A DNA stretch of 64,000 bases, taken from the IMG/VR virus record IMGVR_UViG_3300018079_000001, positions 1 through 64,000 of that record. The stretch is one strand, 5' to 3'. Origin of the DNA: a virus. Shown piece by piece: positions 56,459 through 63,433 of the stretch. The first letter of the stretch is position 1; the number at the start of each line of letters is the position of its first letter. The notes under the pieces were generated by a model. That model was not told the DNA's origin and searched no databases. It was given only the letters and a program-made list of their open reading frames with translations. The translations under genes were made by a program, and so were the position numbers.

Positions 56459-58093
56459 ATGGAACTGCTGAAAGCATTCAAGGCCGCCCGCGTGGCGGCG
56501 GTGCCGATTGTCGCCGTGTCGTGCTTCGACCCGGCCGACGTGATCAAGAAGATTCGCGCGTCGAACGAAGAGGGCGCGAAGACGCCGATCCCGCTTGTGC
56601 AGTGGGATGCAATGGACGGAATGAAGGGCCTGAACACGGCGGGCAAGGCGGCGGTAGCTGCCGTGCTGAAGGGTGACGAGAAAGACTGGCCGGGCATGAC
56701 GAGCAACCCAGGTGCCGCGCTCGGGTTCATGAGCGAGCTACCCGGCGAGCAACGCGAGGGCGGTCGGCCGGACGGTGCCATTCAAATGCGCGGTACGATC
56801 GTGTTCGCCCTGAACCTGCACAACTACTTCGAGGATCGGCCGAGCAAGGAAAACGCGCCGATCGTGCAGGGCGTGTGGAATCTGCGGGACCGGTTCAAGG
56901 CCAACCGGCGCACGCTCGTGGTGCTCGGGCCTGGCTTCAAATTTCCGGCTGAGATCGCGAATGACGTGATCAGCCTGGACGTGCCGATGCCGACCGACGA
57001 GGAACTGACCGCGATCATCGCCAAGGAAGTTTCGGGTGTCGCGGGCCTCGCTGCGCTGGACGAGAAGACGATGCAGTCCGCCGTTGATGCGGTGCGCGGG
57101 CTGCCGAGCGCGTTCACGGTCGAGCAGGTATCGCGGATGTCCATGACGAAAGAGGGCATCGCGATCGACGAGTTGTGGGAGCGGAAGATCAGTACGATGG
57201 AGATGACTTCGGGCCTGAGCGTGGACCGGGGAACCGAGACGTTCGATGATGCAGGCGGGCTGGACCAGTTTAAGACGTTCGGTCTGCGGCTGGTCAAGAG
57301 CGAGAAGTCGCCGCTTCTGTACGTGCGCATTGACGAGATCGAGAAGTTTCTCGGTGGACTCGGTGGTGGCGGTAACGCGGGCGACAACACGGGCGTGTCT
57401 CAGGATGCGCTCGGGGTGTTCCTGCGCGAGATGGAAGACAACGGCTGGAATGGCCTGATCGCACTCGGCCATGCCGGCGCGGGAAAGTCGCTGATCACGA
57501 AGGGCCTCGCGAATACCGCCTCGAAGCTGACCGGGCGGCGGGTCCTGAGTGTGGCTCTGGACCTGGGTGCGACGAAGAACAGCCTGCTCGGTAAGAGTGA
57601 AGAGAGGTTGCGCACTCTATTCAAGGTGCTCAAGGCGGTCGGGGGTAAGCGCGTGTGCTTCATCGCCACGTGTAACGACCTGGACGTGATGCCGCCTGCT
57701 CTGCGTCGGCGGTTCAAACTCGGTATGTGGATGTTCGACTTGCCGACCCGCCCGCAGAAAGACGCAATCTGGAAGATCAACCTGACGAAGTTTGGTCTGA
57801 AGAAGCCGGCACGGCTGCCGGACGATACGGACTGGACTGGCGCAGACATTCGTAACGTGTGTGAGCAGGCCGATCTGCTTGGTTGCTCGCTGGACGAGGC
57901 GTGCAACTACGTCGTATTCGTCGCGAAGAACGACCCGGACAGCATCTCGCGTCTTCGGGCCAAGGCGGACGGGAAGTACCTGGACGCCAACCGGCCTGGT
58001 GTGTATCGGGCCGCGCGACAGGAAGAGCTAGTGCCGAGCCTGGACGCTCCAACGCAGGGGCGAGCCAAGGTGAGCACGGACGAGGAAGTCTAA
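56459..58093 (+). CDS. Ycf46-like AAA+ ATPase with rearranged Walker motifs; ends RAKVSTDEEV
   Basis: TFDDAGGL, VRIDEIEK, GHAGAGKS, LDLG..SLLGKSE, IATCN..PPALRRRF, WTGADIRNVC. Confidence 0.85.
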   Translation: MELLKAFKAARVAAVPIVAVSCFDPADVIKKIRASNEEGAKTPIPLVQWDAMDGMKGLNTAGKAAVAAVLKGDEKDWPGMTSNPGAALGFMSELPGEQREGGRPDGAIQMRGTIVFALNLHNYFEDRPSKENAPIVQGVWNLRDRFKANRRTLVVLGPGFKFPAEIANDVISLDVPMPTDEELTAIIAKEVSGVAGLAALDEKTMQSAVDAVRGLPSAFTVEQVSRMSMTKEGIAIDELWERKISTMEMTSGLSVDRGTETFDDAGGLDQFKTFGLRLVKSEKSPLLYVRIDEIEKFLGGLGGGGNAGDNTGVSQDALGVFLREMEDNGWNGLIALGHAGAGKSLITKGLANTASKLTGRRVLSVALDLGATKNSLLGKSEERLRTLFKVLKAVGGKRVCFIATCNDLDVMPPALRRRFKLGMWMFDLPTRPQKDAIWKINLTKFGLKKPARLPDDTDWTGADIRNVCEQADLLGCSLDEACNYVVFVAKNDPDSISRLRAKADGKYLDANRPGVYRAARQEELVPSLDAPTQGRAKVSTDEEV

Positions 58094-58200
58094 CCGAGTG
58101 GAGGGTGCCCGGGCGCAAGGCAGGTAACGCGGACACCGCTGAAGGCCGAAAGCCTGAAGGCGACTAGGTGCCGCCCCGTAAACTCACAACGGAGGGAAAC

Positions 58201-58407
58201 ATGGCAGACAGTTTCGAGATTCAGATTCTCGATGACGGCACGATCAAGAGCACGACGGGTAAGGTTGGCGCGCAGAACCACCAGAGTGCCGAGGGCTTCT
58301 TCGGGATGCTGGCCCGCGTGATGGGCGGCAAGACGACCCGTAACCGTCGCGGCGAACACGCTCACGTGCACTCGCACGGTGAGGGCGAGCAACACGAGCA
58401 CGCGTAA
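58201..58407 (+). CDS. DUF2997-like small protein (His-rich tail)
   Basis: FEIQILDDGTIK...LARVMGG; adjacent to the Ycf46-like ATPase; RBS GGAGGG. Confidence 0.55.
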   Translation: MADSFEIQILDDGTIKSTTGKVGAQNHQSAEGFFGMLARVMGGKTTRNRRGEHAHVHSHGEGEQHEHA

Positions 58408-58444
58408 CCTTTAACCGGGCGAGAGCCTGAGACAGGAGCCACAT

Positions 58445-59389
58445 ATGAGCACGATCCCAACAACGGCAACGGTCATGGAGCAGAGCGTCGCGTTTGTCCT
58501 GGCCTTCTCACGCCCCGGCGTCAAGCGGGTCGTGCGGAAGTCGCAGGTGTCCGAGAAGAGCGAGGGCACCGACAACGCGGTTGTCGTGGATGCCGACAAG
58601 AGCATGATCAACGTCGGCAAGGAAATCATTGACTCCCCGCAACTGCGGGCGATCATCTCGCGCGATGGCGCGGTCCGCCAGTGGGTGAAGGCGCGCAGTC
58701 TGCCGAGTCCGCTGTTCAAGTCGGGTACGACGATCGTGCCGACTGTGCTCGTCGAGGCGGTGTACGAGTACCTCGAAAAGTCGAAGGCTGATCGGGACGC
58801 CGACATCGCGACGTTCCTTGAAGCCTACCCTGGCCTGGTCGAGGAAGCGAAGACGAAACTAGGGCCGCTGTTCGACGCTCGTCAATACCCCGCCGCGACG
58901 GCACTCAAAGGCGCGTTCGAGATGCGGTGGAACATCATCGAATTCGGGACGCCCGGCAAGCTGAAGACTATCAGCAAGGCTCTGTACGATAAAGAGCGCG
59001 CCAAGGCCGAGGCCGAGTGGGCGGACGCCACGTCGCAGATTCGCAACGCGCTTCGCGTGGCGATGGCGGAACTGGTCGAGCACATGATCGAGAAGCTGTC
59101 GTCGGACAACGACGGCAAGGCGAAGACGTTCCGCGATAGCATGGTCAAGAACCTGACCGAGTTTTCCGATTTGTTCAACGCACGCAACCTGACGGGCGAC
59201 TCGGAGTTGGCAGCACTCGTCGAGAAGGCGCAGAAGGTCATGAGCGGCGTGGACGCGAAGTCACTGCGGACTGACGCCGACATCAAGCAGCGTGTGGCTG
59301 ATGGTTTCGCGGAGATCAAGGCGAACCTCGACACGATGGTGATTGACCGCCCGACGCGGGCGTTGACGATCGCTGACGAGGAAGTCTAA
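58445..59389 (+). CDS. DUF3150-like helical protein; ends RALTIADEEV
   Basis: F...YP.LVEEAK..LG.LFD..QYP, FRDSMV.NL.EF..LF..RNLT.D.EL. Confidence 0.6.
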   Translation: MSTIPTTATVMEQSVAFVLAFSRPGVKRVVRKSQVSEKSEGTDNAVVVDADKSMINVGKEIIDSPQLRAIISRDGAVRQWVKARSLPSPLFKSGTTIVPTVLVEAVYEYLEKSKADRDADIATFLEAYPGLVEEAKTKLGPLFDARQYPAATALKGAFEMRWNIIEFGTPGKLKTISKALYDKERAKAEAEWADATSQIRNALRVAMAELVEHMIEKLSSDNDGKAKTFRDSMVKNLTEFSDLFNARNLTGDSELAALVEKAQKVMSGVDAKSLRTDADIKQRVADGFAEIKANLDTMVIDRPTRALTIADEEV

Positions 59390-59472
59390 CAGCGGGACGG
59401 GCGGGGGTTCCTGGGCACCAGGTTCAGAGACGGGCACCGTCTCGCCCCCGCCCGGTACTCATGGAGGGAACA

Positions 59473-59658
59473 ATGGCAGCGAAAGATCGGACGCGAGCAG
59501 GCGCGTACATGATCGCAACACCTTCGGTGCGAATTGCGCATCGACACTACACGCATCTGTGTCCTGCAACGGGGAGGCCGTTGACGTTGTCGTGGTTTGA
59601 TTCGCCGTGGTTTGAGATGATGCGGCGCATGGTGAAGGGTCTGAGACGATCTAACTGA
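59473..59658 (+). CDS. Small hypothetical protein
   Basis: RBS GGAGGG before ATG. Confidence 0.4.
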   Translation: MAAKDRTRAGAYMIATPSVRIAHRHYTHLCPATGRPLTLSWFDSPWFEMMRRMVKGLRRSN

Positions 59659-59886
59659 GAACGAAAACGAGACGGGCAGCATGGCGTTGCCCGTTCACAA
59701 ATGGAGATGACCTATGGCAGTGAGTGACAAGACAGTCCGGGGCGCGTACGAGATACCGGCCGCGCAGGTTGCGCTACAGCATTACGCGCCGTGGTTCGAG
59801 TTGCTGCGAGCGGGCGAGGCTTTGGTTCAAGGGGGTAAACATTTACTCCGGGCGTTGCGCGCCTGGCGAAAGAGGGAGGGTGTCTG

Positions 59887-60207
59887 ATGCCGTGTGATAG
59901 CGTCGTCCTGAACACAGTCGAATTGGACAAGGTCGGTGACCACGATCTACTCGAAAAGGCTCTGGCTGGAGAATTCGGCACCGTGCGCCGCAACGGTACG
60001 ACGATGACGTTCACGTACCAGGGACGCACAGTCACGATCCGCAACGGCCGCGCCGAGTCGAGCCTGAGCGAGAGCACGCTGCAACAATTGGTCGGCCAGG
60101 TGAAGCAGGCGTACAGCCGCGAGGCCGTGCACATGGCGGCGAAGCGGTTCGGGTGGATGATCAAACCCGGCAGGGACAAGAACAACTTCACGGTTGTGAA
60201 GAACTAG
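59887..60207 (+). CDS. DUF1257/Ycf35-like protein
   Basis: MPC...D.DLLEKAL...VKQAYS.EAV...AKRFGW. Confidence 0.6.
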   Translation: MPCDSVVLNTVELDKVGDHDLLEKALAGEFGTVRRNGTTMTFTYQGRTVTIRNGRAESSLSESTLQQLVGQVKQAYSREAVHMAAKRFGWMIKPGRDKNNFTVVKN

Positions 60208-60208
60208 C

Positions 60209-60703
60209 ATGTGGCCGGGCGAGTTTCCTGACGATGCGGGTAGTGCCAGTGGTGACTGGACTGTCCGCCTGGTTGGCCGTGCGCTGATTGAAGCCACGGC
60301 GGCGAGCACGGGTAAACCGTTCATGGCGCGGATTGTAGGACGTGACAATACGTACACGTGGCAGCGTCAGTGGCTCAAGCCGAAGTGGGAGTTTCCCGCG
60401 CGCAACGCGAACCCCGCCGCGATCGTGCGGCTGGTCCTGCCTGTGTCTGCTGTCGGCAAGTTGCCGGCTGCTCTGGACATACGGTGGGGGCCAGCGACGG
60501 GCGGCACGGGTATCGACGTGAAGAACGGACAGGCGTTTCGCTACTGCGGGTATCGTAGTCTGTTTATCCTGGACGCGGCTGGCTTGCGGCAGGCGACTGA
60601 GCAGCACGTGACGTGGCTGCTCGACGAGGGCATCGTGGTTTCCGGACCACCACGTCGTGAGCCGGGCTCGCGCCCGGTGCTGAGGTTCGATGAAGAAGTT
60701 TGA
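60209..60703 (+). CDS. Hypothetical protein; ends RPVLRFDEEV
   Basis: KPFMARIVGRD..Y.WQRQWL. Confidence 0.6.
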   Translation: MWPGEFPDDAGSASGDWTVRLVGRALIEATAASTGKPFMARIVGRDNTYTWQRQWLKPKWEFPARNANPAAIVRLVLPVSAVGKLPAALDIRWGPATGGTGIDVKNGQAFRYCGYRSLFILDAAGLRQATEQHVTWLLDEGIVVSGPPRREPGSRPVLRFDEEV

Positions 60704-60732
60704 CGGGCCAGCGGCCTGAGAAAGGGACGGCA

Positions 60733-61299
60733 ATGGCGACAACGGTAGAAAAACGACAATTCAAAAGCAGCCGCCCCGGATCGGCGGCACTGTATACCGC
60801 CGTCGTGTACGACGACGGCACCGCGTCCTGCGACTGCCCTGGCTGGCGGTTCCAGCGTTCAGGCCAGCCGCGAGGCTGCAAGCACACCGCCACCATGTTG
60901 ACCGGCACAACGGTCAAGGTGGTGACGAACGCCGAGATGGCGCGCATGGCGTTGCGTGGTGAGCAGTTCAACGTGATCAAGCGGTGGACGATTGCGCAGA
61001 GCGGCGCACAGATGGTGAGCCTGCGTATGGGGGAGAGCGCGTCTGCCGAGCAGACGGTGCGTCGGATCATGAAAGAGGATAACGCACCGCAGTCTTACCC
61101 GGCGCGACGGGATCGCTGGTCGCAGGCTGAGGGGAAGTGGGTGTCGGTGCCGAAGAAGATGACGCCCGAGATGCGCACGCCTGATCCACTGGCGGCGCGG
61201 GACTTCTTTCCGTCGAAACCGAAGCCGCAGACGACGCGGCGTGCAGAGCAGATCGAACAACCAACACGAGCACGCCTAGCGTTCGATGAAGAGGTATAG
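60733..61299 (+). CDS. SWIM zinc-finger protein; ends RARLAFDEEV
   Basis: SS....YT......SCDCPGWRF.....CKH. Confidence 0.75.
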   Translation: MATTVEKRQFKSSRPGSAALYTAVVYDDGTASCDCPGWRFQRSGQPRGCKHTATMLTGTTVKVVTNAEMARMALRGEQFNVIKRWTIAQSGAQMVSLRMGESASAEQTVRRIMKEDNAPQSYPARRDRWSQAEGKWVSVPKKMTPEMRTPDPLAARDFFPSKPKPQTTRRAEQIEQPTRARLAFDEEV

Positions 61300-61301
61300 T
61301 C

Positions 61302-61685
61302 ATGATAGTTCTGAAAGAGATGGACCCGTTCAAGCTGAAAGAGTACGTGCACGCTATTCAGCGGTGCGGTGATCACCCGTTGCCGGGTCTGACCGACAGT
61401 GACGTGCTCGACAAGGTTGTTGAAATTCTCGACTGCTACATCGAATCGGCCGAGACGTACGAAGACACGTCGTCGAAGATCATCTTCCTGCTCGACGATG
61501 GGCGGGTCGGTGTGTTCGAAGAGTGGTCCGACTCGTCGGGTCACGGCTGACAGTGCGGCGCATCGTGGGGGCTGTATGCTTCCAAAGACGCAGCATGCAC
61601 TGAGGGCAAGCTGGTATGGGATGAAACCGCGACGCTAATCGAGCGGCTGCAACGGGCGCCGATTGCGTTCGATGAAGAGGTATGA
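61302..61685 (+). CDS. Hypothetical protein with in-frame UGA at 61548-61550 (candidate selenocysteine); extended product ends RAPIAFDEEV
   Basis: Frame stays open for 44 codons after TGA (QCGASWGLY...) and ends with the shared DEEV tag. Confidence 0.65.
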
Positions 61686-61766
61686 TACAGCGGGAGCCGT
61701 GGGTGTACGGCTTGGCGGGAGCCTGGCTGTCAGGCAAACCTTAACCCTGCCCGCACCGCTGGTTTT

Positions 61767-61843
61767 CGGGGAATCGTCTAGCGGCCAAGGATGCCGGTCC
61801 TTCAAACCGGAAGACGCGGGTTCGAATCCCGCTTCCCCGACCA
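61767..61843 (+). tRNA. tRNA-Glu(TTC) with atypical C33
   Basis: CGGGGAA/TTCCCCG acceptor, CCGGT-CCTTCAA-ACCGG anticodon arm, GCGGG-TTCGAAT-CCCGC T arm, encoded CCA. Confidence 0.8.
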
Positions 61844-61844
61844 C

Positions 61845-61934
61845 GTAAGCGATGGGCGAATTGGCTGAGCCCGCCTGTCTGTAAAACAGGCGCAGTGACC
61901 CTGCATGGAGGTTCGATTCCTCCCGCTTGCACCA
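61845..61934 (+). tRNA. tRNA-Tyr(GTA), long variable arm
   Basis: GTAAGCG/CGCTTGC acceptor, CCTGT-CTGTAAA-ACAGG anticodon arm, GCAG/CTGC variable arm, T arm, encoded CCA. Confidence 0.88.
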
Positions 61935-62124
61935 TTCGGACGGGCGTCGTGTGAACGTCGGCTAGCAGGAGTACAGGCCGAGCAGCCGCGATGAAAAGAT
62001 CGTGAGGCAGTAGGGAGCAGCGTTGCCGATAACGACCCGTTAGACACTCGTTCGTCGGTCGGCGAGTGGTTGTACAACATAGTACGGCGTGCAAGGCCGA
62101 CTCCAAAAAAAGGGAGGATCAACA

Positions 62125-62403
62125 ATGGACATTGAACTGGACAAACCTGGCGACCCTCACTGGCTCTCAAAGCCAAAACCACCCGTGTGCTCGTGCGAGT
62201 TGGACCGCGCACCGACGTGGCGTGACGGCAAGCGGCTGGACCGTACACCGATCGCGAAGTTGTGCCCGATGCACGCGGCGGCACCGCGAGCGCTCAAGCT
62301 GCTCGCTGAGGTTCCAGCACTGGAGTCTGATTTGTCAGGGTGCGATGTTGCCTGGCAGAAGAAGGTGCGGGACCTGTGGCGCGACTTGGGGGTGACACAA
62401 TGA
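62125..62403 (+). CDS. Hypothetical protein starting with the IELDKPGDPHWLSKPK peptide shared with polyprotein 3
   Basis: RBS GGGAGG; CSC...LCPMHAAAP..L..L. Confidence 0.6.
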   Translation: MDIELDKPGDPHWLSKPKPPVCSCELDRAPTWRDGKRLDRTPIAKLCPMHAAAPRALKLLAEVPALESDLSGCDVAWQKKVRDLWRDLGVTQ

Positions 62404-62867
62404 AAATCCTCAAGGGGTCGATCACGACGCTGATGTCCGAGGGTTACATGACGTTGCAGGTGCCAACTATCGCGCTGTCGCTCGACGGCATCAAGGCAGA
62501 GATGGCTGAGGCACCGGACGATTGGTTCATGTTCGTGACGCGCGAGCGACTGGCCGTGGGCAGAGAGCAGGGCTTCCTGCATCTGTCGCCGAAGGGTTAC
62601 CGCGCCAATCTCGACGCCATCAAGGCGGCGTGGGAAGCCTGCCCACTGGATCGGCGCCGCTCTGGTCGCTACACGTCGGGCCGGGAGTGGGATGGTAACG
62701 CGAAGGGCTGGCAAGTCGTGTCGTGGGCTGCGTTCCAAGCCGAAGCTGAGATGTTCTTCGCCGTTATCCAGAAGGGCACCGAGGCCGAAGAGATCAAGAC
62801 GCGCGTGCGGACGCAAAAGCTGTATACGGCCGTCGCGACGATCCGCGATCAACGGAGAGGAAAATGA
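62400..62867 (+). CDS. Hypothetical protein
   Basis: ATGA overlap. Confidence 0.55.
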   Translation: MKILKGSITTLMSEGYMTLQVPTIALSLDGIKAEMAEAPDDWFMFVTRERLAVGREQGFLHLSPKGYRANLDAIKAAWEACPLDRRRSGRYTSGREWDGNAKGWQVVSWAAFQAEAEMFFAVIQKGTEAEEIKTRVRTQKLYTAVATIRDQRRGK

Positions 62868-63049
62868 CACGAACAATTCCGACGCACGTTCAGGTCAGTC
62901 AGTGTGACCACCGGACTCTTGGGGTGTGCTGCTCCGCGTGTCGTGCAGGCTACGTTCAGTACATGGACACAGCCTTGTGGGACCCGGAGCTAATCGAGCG
63001 GTACATCATCTGGCCCGCGCTCTATGACGAGCGCGGAGGGGAGGCTTAA
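62864..63049 (+). CDS. Small Cys-rich hypothetical protein
   Basis: ATGA overlap. Confidence 0.45.
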   Translation: MTRTIPTHVQVSQCDHRTLGVCCSACRAGYVQYMDTALWDPELIERYIIWPALYDERGGEA

Positions 63050-63187
63050 TACATGGAACTAGGAAAGCGTCAAGCCTGGGAGATCGTGATTCTCATTCTG
63101 CTCGGTATCGTGTGGGCCTCGCTCTGAGGGAGGAAACCTTAACCGGGGCGGGATCGCCAACCCTCCGTTTTATCAGGAGAGAGAGCC

Positions 63188-63367
63188 ATGAACAACATAG
63201 ACCTGATTTTCGTGGATGATTTCGAGATTGTGGAACGGCGGGAGGTAATCGAGGCTCTGGACTTCAACGGTGATGACGACAGTGAGGGTGCTTTGCGTGA
63301 GGTAGCGGAGAGGATCAAAAATCCTGGTAGGGGGCTAGTCGGGGGTCGTGCGCGGGTGGTAAAATAA
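63188..63367 (+). CDS. Small acidic hypothetical protein
   Basis: RBS AGGAG; 59 codons. Confidence 0.4.
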   Translation: MNNIDLIFVDDFEIVERREVIEALDFNGDDDSEGALREVAERIKNPGRGLVGGRARVVK

Positions 63368-63373
63368 AAGAGT
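63356..63373 (+). promoter_or_regulatory. Promoter motif A copy 6, upstream of the sigma-like gene
   Basis: Exact GTGGTAAAATAAAAGAGT. Confidence 0.8.
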
Positions 63374-63433
63374 AGACAATCAACCTTTAACAGGCCGCTA
63401 GGCGCAAGCCGTATAGGCCAGGGAGAATGAATA

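Noticed and set aside
61767-61843. Calling this tRNA a tRNA-Sec
   Set aside because: It has a 7-bp acceptor, short variable loop and Glu-like D arm; canonical pairing gives anticodon TTC.
21668-62178. Duplicated segment as a diversity-generating retroelement TR/VR pair
   Set aside because: No reverse transcriptase was seen, the repeat is only ~48 nt, and the differences are synonymous and not confined to adenines.
208-62876. Many long minus-strand ORFs (e.g. 13366-14757, 16919-18391, 25314-26225)
   Set aside because: They are antisense shadows of high-GC plus-strand genes, with no recognisable motifs; the plus strand is already fully packed.
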